The notes beneath the pieces were generated by a model that saw only the letters and a list, made by a program, of their open reading frames with translations, ran no database searches and was not told the origin of the DNA. Position numbers and translations under genes: made by a program. This document shows, piece after piece, positions 25,152 to 32,227 of a stretch of 32,227 nucleotides of DNA; position 1 is the first letter of the stretch, and each line of letters starts with the position of its first letter. Origin of the DNA: a virus. Its lineage: Duplodnaviria; Caudoviricetes. Location: the IMG/VR virus record IMGVR_UViG_3300008255_000316, positions 1 through 32,227 of that record; one strand, written 5' to 3'.

Positions 25152-25826
25152 TCACCCTAAGTTCTCCTTAATGTGATTTATCTCCTGTTCTTCCAAAGCT
25201 TTTTCATATGTTCTCGGAAAATGCGTTTCCCAGAACCTTGGCAGGTAGTCAAGCAGCTTCCCAATCTTGAGTTGTTTGCCGATTGCTCGCATCAACACAA
25301 GATGCGGCAGCAATACCACTGGATCACCCCTGTGCTCTACCCTGATGATGTCTCTATAGCAAATCCCAGCGGCCCGCATCGTTCTTTTTCTGAACCACCA
25401 CACCGGCGGGCCGCCAAAGGCGTAGCATGCCGGGCCGCCATTGAAAGTCAAAGATCCATACTTATAAGCGGAAATCACCGTGGTAATTTCGGCATAAGCA
25501 GCCCCCTGGGAATATCCTGAGAATACTACCTGGGCGGGGTAATGTTTTTTTATCGTCCCGGCAGTCCAACCCCAAACCCGGCGCATGGAATGCACAAATC
25601 CCCTGTGACCCCATATCCGCTTTCCGGCAATCCGGAACGATGGGGACGGCGGGAAGAATTCGAGGTTTATTTTCCAGTCTGTTGCAGAAACAGAGCCCTG
25701 GAAAAAGATGTAGAGAGTATTGCTTTTTATATCAAACCTGTACTTAGCTTGTATGTCCCGCTCTTCGTCGATGGTCTCCCATAGACCTGAGCAGGTTTCC
25801 TTGTAAAAACCCAGTAAGCCGTTCAC
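25152..25826 (-). CDS. Class 3 lipase (alpha/beta hydrolase)
   Basis: FQGS....DW..NL, GHRGF, SGYSQGAA nucleophile elbow, YAFGGP.V, R..H.GDPV..LP, C-terminal His. Confidence 0.88.
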   Translation of the reverse strand: MNGLLGFYKETCSGLWETIDEERDIQAKYRFDIKSNTLYIFFQGSVSATDWKINLEFFPPSPSFRIAGKRIWGHRGFVHSMRRVWGWTAGTIKKHYPAQVVFSGYSQGAAYAEITTVISAYKYGSLTFNGGPACYAFGGPPVWWFRKRTMRAAGICYRDIIRVEHRGDPVVLLPHLVLMRAIGKQLKIGKLLDYLPRFWETHFPRTYEKALEEQEINHIKENLG

Positions 25827-26095
25827 TTCGACTCGCTCCTTTTCTTCAAATGTTCCTCAAACATGGCCGTAAGGCTCAGCTGGGCCGGGCCGTCGGCATT
25901 CCTGTATTCTTCAAAGCGGCCTTCAAACTCGCCGAAGGTGCAGCAGGGGTTGTGCGCCTGGAAGGCGTGCCAGGCTTTTAAGACAAGCTCGCCGCCGTGT
26001 TCCTTGGCCATACGCACCGCAACTTCCTGCTCGTCCGCTTCCAGGTTCCAGTCAAAGGGAGCCTGCAGGCGCCGGAAATACTCTTCCTTCTTCAC
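25823..26095 (-). CDS. Hypothetical protein
   Basis: 90 aa; GTGA overlaps at both ends. Confidence 0.7.
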   Translation of the reverse strand: MKKEEYFRRLQAPFDWNLEADEQEVAVRMAKEHGGELVLKAWHAFQAHNPCCTFGEFEGRFEEYRNADGPAQLSLTAMFEEHLKKRSESK

Positions 26096-26337
26096 GAGTT
26101 TCCCTGGTAATGGATAATCGACCGGATATGGCTGATCGAGTATCCGTGCTTCACCGACAGATCCCGGTACCGGGCTCCTTTTTCGTACTCTGCCCGGATG
26201 GCCCGGTGCCGCTCGTCGGTCACCACGCTCTTGGGTATGTAAAGAGTCGATCCGGCAAAGACCTCGGCCACTTTCATGGCGGCATCTTCGCCGATAAGCT
26301 CTTTTAATAACTCGTAAGAATCGTTTTTACTCTCCAT
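26092..26337 (-). CDS. mor: Mor/C family transcription activator
   Basis: LIG.DAA.K....FAG..LYIPK...R...IR..Y..G....DL..K.GYS...IR.II. Start revised to ATG 26337 (TGATG overlap with upstream stop). Confidence 0.88.
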   Translation of the reverse strand: MESKNDSYELLKELIGEDAAMKVAEVFAGSTLYIPKSVVTDERHRAIRAEYEKGARYRDLSVKHGYSISHIRSIIHYQGNS

Positions 26338-26571
26338 CAAACATCCTTGAATAACCATTGTTGCCGCTCCTCACGGAGGATGTGCAGGGCTTCGGCCAAG
26401 TCATCCTCAATCTTCCCGATCAGGTTCCCCTGGCTCTTTACCCGCAGGAGAAGATCGGCGGTGTCCCGGCGCATAAGCGCGCAGGATTCAGCTGCTTCAC
26501 CCAGCCGGTCCGGTTCAAACAGACTCATCTGCGCCGCCCGCGGGGGGGGTGTCAGCCTTGCGCCGTTTCAT
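26337..26571 (-). pseudogene. Small coiled-coil gene apparently frameshifted at a C8 tract
   Basis: RBS-supported ATG at 26571 is one base out of frame with the 26337-26528 ORF. A C7 allele would give MKRRKADTPPRAAQMSLFEPDRL... Confidence 0.55.
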
Positions 26572-27046
26572 GATTCAGCCTCCCGCCGGTTGCCGGGTCG
26601 TAGCCTTCGGCAATCATCATTTTTTCCAGGGCAAGAATCACCTTGCGCCCCAGGGCCGCATTCATAAATCGGGGATGATCCACATGGGTAATCCGGCGCA
26701 AGAAGGCCCTAAGGGCTGCTTCGTCCTTGTTGCGGGCGCAGGTTTTCCACATCACCTCTATTTTTGCCCGCTGGTCCTTGGTACAGCCCCAGTCTTCTTT
26801 CCACCGGGGGCGGCTGGTGGTCTTGCCTTCTTTCTTCCAGCTCTGAAAGCCTAAGCCTGCAAAGCTTTCCATAATGGCCCGGAACTGGTCTTCATATTCC
26901 AGCTCCCGGGCGCTGTCGATGCCCGCCGCTCCAGAGAGAAGAGCGCGGTAATTCTCGTCGCTAAGGCCCGTCTTGTTCTTGGCAACGTGAATCAGGGCCA
27001 TCTTGCTTTTCTTGTTGGTGATCATGGCACGTTGTGTCCTTGGCAC
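26552..27046 (-). CDS. gemA: Mu gp16/GemA family regulatory protein (DUF1018)
   Basis: ALIHVAK...GLSDENYRALL...G..S..EL, LGF, Q..KI..MW, L..F..R, VI.ALEKM motifs. Confidence 0.9.
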   Translation of the reverse strand: MPRTQRAMITNKKSKMALIHVAKNKTGLSDENYRALLSGAAGIDSARELEYEDQFRAIMESFAGLGFQSWKKEGKTTSRPRWKEDWGCTKDQRAKIEVMWKTCARNKDEAALRAFLRRITHVDHPRFMNAALGRKVILALEKMMIAEGYDPATGGRLNHETAQG

Positions 27047-27073
27047 CTTTCCCCTCCCGTTTTGTGTTTTGCC

Positions 27074-27265
27074 TTACCCGGCTTCGTTTCCGAACCCGGT
27101 AAGCTCCTGTTTTTTGGCAAACCCCGGCCGCAGGGCCAGCAGGGTCACGTCGTAGACCTCCGGCAGATCGTAGATCACCATCTTCACCTCTTCGGCGAGG
27201 TCGAAGGGATCAGCCTCTCTGCCTTCGTCCCGGATTTCCACCCGGAGCACTACGTCAATCTTCAT
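27074..27265 (-). CDS. Hypothetical protein
   Basis: Start revised to ATG 27265 (AAGGAG RBS); 63 aa. Confidence 0.65.
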   Translation of the reverse strand: MKIDVVLRVEIRDEGREADPFDLAEEVKMVIYDLPEVYDVTLLALRPGFAKKQELTGFGNEAG

Positions 27266-27386
27266 GCCTGCGCTCCTTCTGGTACGGATCGTCATGATCC
27301 ATCATTCCAAGCAGATAAGGTCCGAAGGCGAGGATCGAGAAAAACAGCATCACAATTCCCATTACCAGACATTCAAAAATACTCAC
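27255..27386 (-). CDS. Small single-pass membrane protein
   Basis: GTG 27386 with AAGGAGG RBS; 43 aa with one hydrophobic helix. Confidence 0.6.
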   Translation of the reverse strand: MSIFECLVMGIVMLFFSILAFGPYLLGMMDHDDPYQKERRHED

Positions 27387-27411
27387 TTCGACCCTCCTTC
27401 TAATTACTGGC

Positions 27412-27479
27412 TGCTCATCAGGCCCGGGGCGCCACCGCCCGGGCGACGACCGGCCGCTTTCACGGCCCGCCGTTTCGCA
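27412..27479 (-). ncRNA. Type II hammerhead ribozyme
   Basis: TGC-GAAA-CGGC-g-GGCCG-TGAAAG-CGGCC-g-GTCG-TC/GCCCGGG-CGGTGGCGC-CCCGGGC-CTGATGA-GCA. Full core (CUGAUGA, GAAA, GUC) with stems I, II and III all paired. Predicted cut between 27445 and 27444. Confidence 0.92.
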
Positions 27480-27494
27480 TTGCACGGCAAACAA

Positions 27495-28007
27495 TCAGGC
27501 TATCTGCTCCTTGAGCAGTTCCTTGTTTACCTCCTCCCGGTTGGCCTCGCAGAAGAAGCCGTCCTTGACCTTTCGGACAGCGTCCACCTGGGCAAGCTGT
27601 TCATCGTCCAGGGTAGCCATAGCCTCTTTGTCCGGCTCTTCCTTAATCCGGATAAACTGGACCATGTTCAACTTTTTCAAGAGTTCCAGGGTGGTCTTTC
27701 GTACACTGATGGACGTGCTCTTGCGGTAGCCGAAGATGCCGAAGGTAAGTTCTACGGTCTTCTTGTCCTTAAAAAGATCCTCACGGTTGTACTCGGCATA
27801 CGCTCCCAGCAGGGCCGAAAGATCGGTAATCCGCTTGCGGATCGGTTCGCCTTTCTTGGCCGCGTCTCCCTTGATCTCGCTGATCAGCTTGTGAGCCTCC
27901 GAGTCGATAGCTTCGATTTCCCGCTCCAGAAGTCCGATTTCCTTCAATACCAGGTTCGCGTCCTCCAGATTGTTGATCTTTGCTACCTTTGGTTTTAATC
28001 GCGCCAT
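27495..28007 (-). CDS. gam: Mu Gam-like host-nuclease inhibitor
   Basis: Start revised to ATG 28007 (AAGGAGG RBS); YAE.NR..LF...KT.EL.FG..GYRKS, FIR.KEEPDKEA, D.FF.E motifs. Confidence 0.92.
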   Translation of the reverse strand: MARLKPKVAKINNLEDANLVLKEIGLLEREIEAIDSEAHKLISEIKGDAAKKGEPIRKRITDLSALLGAYAEYNREDLFKDKKTVELTFGIFGYRKSTSISVRKTTLELLKKLNMVQFIRIKEEPDKEAMATLDDEQLAQVDAVRKVKDGFFCEANREEVNKELLKEQIA

Positions 28008-28162
28008 GTCAATCCTCCTTGCGCTTTTGATTTGCTTATTTCTACCCGGCGGGCCAGGGCGCGGCCTTTGAGCCACAACCCCAGCCTTATCAGGGTCAGC
28101 GACCCTGTCCGTTCTCCCAAGTCTTTCAGGGCTATGGCCCTGCGGTACATCCATCCTGTCAT
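27995..28162 (-). CDS. Small basic hypothetical protein
   Basis: ATGA overlap with upstream ORF; GGAAGG RBS; 55 aa. Confidence 0.6.
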   Translation of the reverse strand: MTGWMYRRAIALKDLGERTGSLTLIRLGLWLKGRALARRVEISKSKAQGGLTWRD

Positions 28163-28644
28163 GTTTTTTCCTTCCATTTTCTTGCCATCATCCGATAATC
28201 TTCGTATGAGCACACTCGAAAGTTATTTGAAGGGATTCCAGCGGCTTTCCGAAGAAATCGTTCAATCATTTTCACAAAGCGATATACAAGAGCTTTGGGA
28301 ACAGTTATCAAACACCAACCCACCAGCCCTGATTTCCAGCCTTCTCTCGGACCTGGAACGTATAAACCGGTACCTTTTAGCAACGCCGTCAAAGCGGTCT
28401 CGCGATGCCGATTTACGTAGCGCCGAAGTTCTTCTTCGCTATAAAGCGTACCTGGGTTTACAACTTGCAAACACTGTACTGGAGCGCACTGACACCATCC
28501 GTTTTCAGGTTGATCGCTCACATCGCGGGATCGCTGTTTCTGTGCTGGAGGTTGTTGCAGATCTTCTACACTTGTATTTCGTTCAACTCTGGCCATTTGA
28601 GTGGTATCGAGAAACCCCATTTCCTTACTGGAAGCAGTTTCCAT
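28159..28644 (-). CDS. Hypothetical protein following MuB
   Basis: 161 aa; strong AAGGAGGAG RBS; stop overlaps the next start. Confidence 0.6.
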   Translation of the reverse strand: METASSKEMGFLDTTQMARVERNTSVEDLQQPPAQKQRSRDVSDQPENGWCQCAPVQCLQVVNPGTLYSEEELRRYVNRHRETALTALLKGTGLYVPGPREGWKSGLVGWCLITVPKALVYRFVKMIERFLRKAAGIPSNNFRVCSYEDYRMMARKWKEKT

Positions 28645-28646
28645 AA
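28206..28646 (+). CDS. Possible antisense overlapping helical protein
   Basis: 146-aa open frame with amphipathic-helix composition; GATAAT 6 nt before ATG (leaderless-type); no RBS. Confidence 0.35.
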   Translation: MSTLESYLKGFQRLSEEIVQSFSQSDIQELWEQLSNTNPPALISSLLSDLERINRYLLATPSKRSRDADLRSAEVLLRYKAYLGLQLANTVLERTDTIRFQVDRSHRGIAVSVLEVVADLLHLYFVQLWPFEWYRETPFPYWKQFP

Positions 28647-28655
28647 TTCTCCTCC

Positions 28656-29585
28656 TTATCTCATCAACAATTCACCGGCGGTAGATACCACATCCACGTC
28701 CGGGTTTTCCAGCCGGTTTATGCCCATGATCTGGTGCACCCGGCCCATAAGTTTTACCAGTGTGCGCACCGAACCTCCCGCCATGGCGGTAAAGGCGTTC
28801 ACCGCTTCCTTGTCCAGGTTCTTCCAGACTCCGGAGAGGATCTTCACCGCGTCGGCCTTGTTCATGCGGCCAACTTTCAGAAGCACGCCCACCCGGCTGG
28901 CCAGCTGTTCATGGTCGTTGCGCAGGTTCCGCAGCTTGTATTCCAAACGGGGAAGCCCCGCCAGCACCACGCCGGTCTTGGCTTTGTCGTTGATGATCCG
29001 GCGCACCAGTTCCAGGGATGAATCGGAAAGGTAGTCGGCCTCGTCGATTATCAGCACCGCATCCCGCTCGCGCAGGGTGTCGATGATTCTGCCGATAACC
29101 ACGGTCATACCGCCCTTAGGGTCTACACCGACGGCGCGGGCAATCTCGACAACCAGCACATTCTTGGTAAAGCTGGGGTCAACTTCCACCAGAAAGGCGC
29201 TATGGCTTTCGACCTCGTAGCGGCGCAGGGCGGTGGTCTTGCCGGTTCCCGCGTCGCCCACGATAACGGCGATGTCCGCATCGTCCTGGGCAATGGATAC
29301 GGCCCTTCTGACCTGATCCAGCACGGTTGTTTCGGCGGTGGGAATCTCCACCTTTTCCAACCTGCGGGCTTCCCGCTTAAGCCATGCCTCGATCTTCTCT
29401 TCCAGAGTCCGCACATTGCCGTTGTAACTGCGGCTTTTGTAGGCGGATATTACTCCGGAGGAATATCCCAGGGCCTGGGCTGCCTTACTCTGACTGATCT
29501 TTTTCCCCTCATCGGGGGTGCCGACCAGTTTAAAGAACCGGGTGTACAGCTCTTCGTTGTATCCGGTATCCTCTTTTTTGCTCAT
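28656..29585 (-). CDS. MuB-like transposition AAA+ ATPase with N-terminal HTH
   Basis: SQSKAA..LGYS..VIS.Y....Y.G, GDAGTGKT, LIIDEADYL, GVVLAG.PRL, QLASRVG motifs. Confidence 0.95.
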   Translation of the reverse strand: MSKKEDTGYNEELYTRFFKLVGTPDEGKKISQSKAAQALGYSSGVISAYKSRSYNGNVRTLEEKIEAWLKREARRLEKVEIPTAETTVLDQVRRAVSIAQDDADIAVIVGDAGTGKTTALRRYEVESHSAFLVEVDPSFTKNVLVVEIARAVGVDPKGGMTVVIGRIIDTLRERDAVLIIDEADYLSDSSLELVRRIINDKAKTGVVLAGLPRLEYKLRNLRNDHEQLASRVGVLLKVGRMNKADAVKILSGVWKNLDKEAVNAFTAMAGGSVRTLVKLMGRVHQIMGINRLENPDVDVVSTAGELLMR

Positions 29586-29642
29586 ACTCGCTCCTTGTAT
29601 GTTTGCCTATTCATATCCGCCCCAACGGAGCGGAAAAAAACC

Positions 29643-31655
29643 TTAATCATCAGTATCGAAAATTCCCTTTAATTTGCGCTTATGGGGTTTCTGCCTGGGC
29701 AGTTCAAGAATGAGGCCTGCCCGCTGGGGTTTGCCGTTATCGTCCGGCATAATCGGCCCGCCGTTTACCACCTGGATGATTTGCTCTTCCGGATACTCTG
29801 GAGACCTGTTCTCCTGGGACTCCTCGGCCAGAAGCTGAGCCGGACTCTTTACCTTGCCCTTAAGAAGAGATTCCTTGGCTTTGCCGTATTCCTTTATTCG
29901 CTCCCTGTGAGCCTTTTCAATCTTCCGCCGTTTTCTGACATTCTCTTCCGCCACGCCGGTGTCTTTAAGTACGTTGTTGTGGGCGTAGTACAGAAAGGTG
30001 CGCTCGGGCAGTTTCCAGATACTGACGGTTCCCACGTCGTCCAGGCTTCGGCGAACTTCCACCTCCTGCCCGATGTGTTCCAGCATTTCCTGTGTGTAGT
30101 AGTCGATACCGTCTATCACCACGCCTGAACGGGAAACGGTTCTGGGCTCCCGGCGGGTCATGATGTACAAGCGGAAGGTTTCGCTCATCACCCGGCGCTC
30201 AAAGAGGTTTTCTTCAAAGACCTGGAGCGGGGTTTTCCCGTCCATGCCGTCGCCGGAATGCTGCCACTGGGTGTTGAACCACTTCACGAACTTACCGAAC
30301 TCTTCCCGCAGCTCTTCCAGTGTCAGCTTTACTTCTTTTTTGTTGCGCCCGTTGATGTTTCCCCAGTAAAGTTTCACCTCATCGGGCCGGTCGGCGGTGT
30401 TTGACCCTACATAGGTCTCCATCCGTTTGCTGAATAGTTCGATAACAGTGCCGAACCATCGCTCTATAGGTTTTGCCTGGCCTCTGTAAGCCTCGGCAAA
30501 GTGGATAGCCGTACCGCTTTCATAGGCAACGCCTGCCGCAAGATCCCAGAAGGCGCTGTCGTCTTTTATCTTCCGGCTTTTCCACGTGTCTCCGGCAAAC
30601 CAGTAAGCTTTGAAGTCTTTTCCGTTATCAAGAATCAGGTTCTTGAAGGGGCCGTAATCCCGAAGGGTTGAATCCCATGCCCGGAGGATGGTCAGGGTTG
30701 ATGGAATTACATCGATATGCCAGCCAGTTACGGTTCTGGAGCGCAGGTCTGCAAAGGCGGTGACCCAAGGGCGCATGATTTTTCCATCGTGCTTGATGAC
30801 AAAGTCAAAATTGTGATGGTCGCCGTTACCCCAATCCATGGAATTAAAGAGGCTGTAATCCCTTTTTACATAGGGATCAAACTTGTCGTGATAGGCTTTT
30901 TCACCTTCACGGTAATACACTTTTACCGGACGGGGAATCTCGTTGGTAACATAGCGGTACACCATGTGATAGTTGATTTCCCTGTCTATAAGGTTAAGAA
31001 GGTCCCGCCAGACGGCTTTGCACTTCGGCTTGTTCTTGTCCAGATACAGAGCGCGGATAAGTTCTTTCTCTTCTTCGCTCATGGATGCCCCGTTTCCGCC
31101 CCGTTTTACCGGGTACTGGGGGGCCAGCCCGGCAAGGCCGTGCTGTTCATAGGTTTCAAGCCAGCGGTAAAAGCTCTGGTATGTGGTTACATTGCCGAAT
31201 CCTCCCAGTTTCTCTTTCAGCTCCGGCACGGCCACCCCCGCCTGATAGGCGTTAATAAAATCCTCTACAGACAGCCCCGAACGTTCTCGGGCCATGATGA
31301 CCTGTTGGCGAAGGGATGCTATATGCAGTCTGTGCTCGGGTATCTGATCCAGCGGCGCGGGCTTTTTTACTTTTGCGCCTCGCCCCGAATACATGGGCAG
31401 ACACACTTTCTTATCCGGGCGTTCCGGCACAGCCAGCTGAGCCCGCAGCCCGTCCAAGGAGGTCTTCATGCTTACCGCATAGGCCAGCTGTACATCCTCG
31501 GGCAGATCGGCCAGGCGGTAGCGGTATTGCTTGCCGCCATTGGCTTCAAAGGCTCTTCGCTGCCAACTCTCTTTGTTTGCTCTTTTGTTTACCGCTCTTC
31601 TTGTTATATTGAGAGCCTCAGCAATTTCAGAAGCTGTGAGCCAATGTTTAATCAT
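29643..31655 (-). CDS. MuA-like DDE transposase
   Basis: N-terminal Mu HTH (WLTASEIA...AVNKRA.KE.W...YRLADLP), GLAGLAP, catalytic GDHH.FD / DNGKDF / KPIERWF, and H-x-G...TP. Confidence 0.96.
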   Translation of the reverse strand: MIKHWLTASEIAEALNITRRAVNKRANKESWQRRAFEANGGKQYRYRLADLPEDVQLAYAVSMKTSLDGLRAQLAVPERPDKKVCLPMYSGRGAKVKKPAPLDQIPEHRLHIASLRQQVIMARERSGLSVEDFINAYQAGVAVPELKEKLGGFGNVTTYQSFYRWLETYEQHGLAGLAPQYPVKRGGNGASMSEEEKELIRALYLDKNKPKCKAVWRDLLNLIDREINYHMVYRYVTNEIPRPVKVYYREGEKAYHDKFDPYVKRDYSLFNSMDWGNGDHHNFDFVIKHDGKIMRPWVTAFADLRSRTVTGWHIDVIPSTLTILRAWDSTLRDYGPFKNLILDNGKDFKAYWFAGDTWKSRKIKDDSAFWDLAAGVAYESGTAIHFAEAYRGQAKPIERWFGTVIELFSKRMETYVGSNTADRPDEVKLYWGNINGRNKKEVKLTLEELREEFGKFVKWFNTQWQHSGDGMDGKTPLQVFEENLFERRVMSETFRLYIMTRREPRTVSRSGVVIDGIDYYTQEMLEHIGQEVEVRRSLDDVGTVSIWKLPERTFLYYAHNNVLKDTGVAEENVRKRRKIEKAHRERIKEYGKAKESLLKGKVKSPAQLLAEESQENRSPEYPEEQIIQVVNGGPIMPDDNGKPQRAGLILELPRQKPHKRKLKGIFDTDD

Positions 31656-31682
31656 GTCTCACTCTCTTCGCCGGGGAAGCTA

Positions 31683-31691
31683 TGGTATGAT
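31683..31691 (+). promoter_or_regulatory. Extended -10 promoter for the divergent gene
   Basis: TG-G-TATGAT, followed by AAAGGAGGT RBS and ATG at 31713. Confidence 0.55.
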
Positions 31692-31712
31692 GGACCAAAG
31701 GAGGTCTTTTTC

Positions 31713-32227
31713 ATGGGTATATTTTCCGGCTTGTCAAGTGATGTCCGCGCAGCTCTTATATCTTCCGTTATTACCTTTACCGGCGTCATTATCAACATCC
31801 TGCTACTTCTCCTCAAAGACCGGTTCAATAGAATTCATGCCGTATTCAATGAGCTGCGGAATCATAGAATTAAAGCGCACGAGAATATTCACCGAGTGGT
31901 TACCGAAGTTCTCACGGATATTGAAACGGGCCTTGTCGAGGATGGTAAGGGCACGGCAGAAGCGATCCTTTCGCTCGCCATGGATAAGGTTCTCCCAGAA
32001 GTCGCCGCTAACGGGCTCTGGGCCGACGAGCTTGTTATAGCTCGTGCTTACGTCCTTGCTGAAGCGGTCTCCAAGTTGATTAAAATCAAGCGAGGGCCGC
32101 TTACGCCAGACAATAAAAAAGAGATAGAGGCTAAATTTAGCAATATCTACCTGGCGCTTGCAGAAGCTTGCAGGAAAAAATCTGGCGTGTATTTTCTCAA
32201 CAAGAAGATGAAAAAATTCACCAAGCA
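31713..32227 (+). CDS. Membrane-anchored hypothetical protein (3' truncated by window)
   Basis: Not in ORF track. AAAGGAGGT RBS; MGIFSGLSSDVRAALISSVITFTGVIINILLLLLKDRFNR..., open for 171 codons to the edge; single N-terminal TM helix. Confidence 0.8.
   Translation, partial: MGIFSGLSSDVRAALISSVITFTGVIINILLLLLKDRFNRIHAVFNELRNHRIKAHENIHRVVTEVLTDIETGLVEDGKGTAEAILSLAMDKVLPEVAANGLWADELVIARAYVLAEAVSKLIKIKRGPLTPDNKKEIEAKFSNIYLALAEACRKKSGVYFLNKKMKKFTK

Larger units (their letters stand above)
1..32227 (-). mobile_element. Mu-like transposable prophage with contractile tail (both ends outside the window)
   Basis: Co-oriented gene order transposase A, ATPase B, gam, gemA, mor, lysis, terminase, portal, MuF, protease, capsid, gp36, sheath, tube, tape measure, baseplate and tail adhesin matches Mu-like phages. 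Spanin-like genes suggest a diderm host. Confidence 0.95.

Noticed and set aside
29617-29642. Hairpin with A/T run between transposase and MuB genes as a terminator
   Set aside because: On the coding strand the T-run precedes the hairpin, the wrong order for an intrinsic terminator.
31531-32040. 169-aa plus-strand ORF from the track
   Set aside because: Overlaps the transposase start and lacks an RBS; the RBS-supported frame starting at 31713 is the better gene.
251-32227. DGR template repeat, reverse transcriptase, CRISPR array, gin/mom and Mu end sequences
   Set aside because: None seen by eye in this window; TR and RT are expected beyond the left edge.

Overview
The window is almost entirely a Mu-like (transposable) contractile-tail prophage encoded on the minus strand. 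From right to left it carries: MuA-type DDE transposase, MuB-type AAA+ ATPase, Gam, GemA, a Mor/C-type activator, an accessory early region (class 3 lipase, AntA antirepressor), holin/spanin-like lysis genes, small and large terminase, portal, MuF with a C-terminal RNase-like extension, a C39-like peptidase, head, neck, sheath/tube/tape-measure and baseplate genes. It ends with an Mtd-like C-type-lectin tail adhesin and the start of an avd gene, i.e. the edge of a diversity-generating retroelement. Neither prophage end is visible. The most striking content is non-coding RNA that the ORF track does not show. (1) An 80-nt tmRNA reduced to its tRNA-like domain, with no mRNA/tag domain (25042-25121, -). 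(2) A promoter-driven, T-arm-containing ~100-nt RNA antisense to the end of the MuF-nuclease gene, where an immunity gene would be expected (16526-16629, +). (3) A complete type II hammerhead ribozyme after gam (27412-27479, -). (4) A P1/P4-style c4 antisense module controlling the antirepressor. All calls come from reading motifs and pairing bases by eye; no database searches were run.
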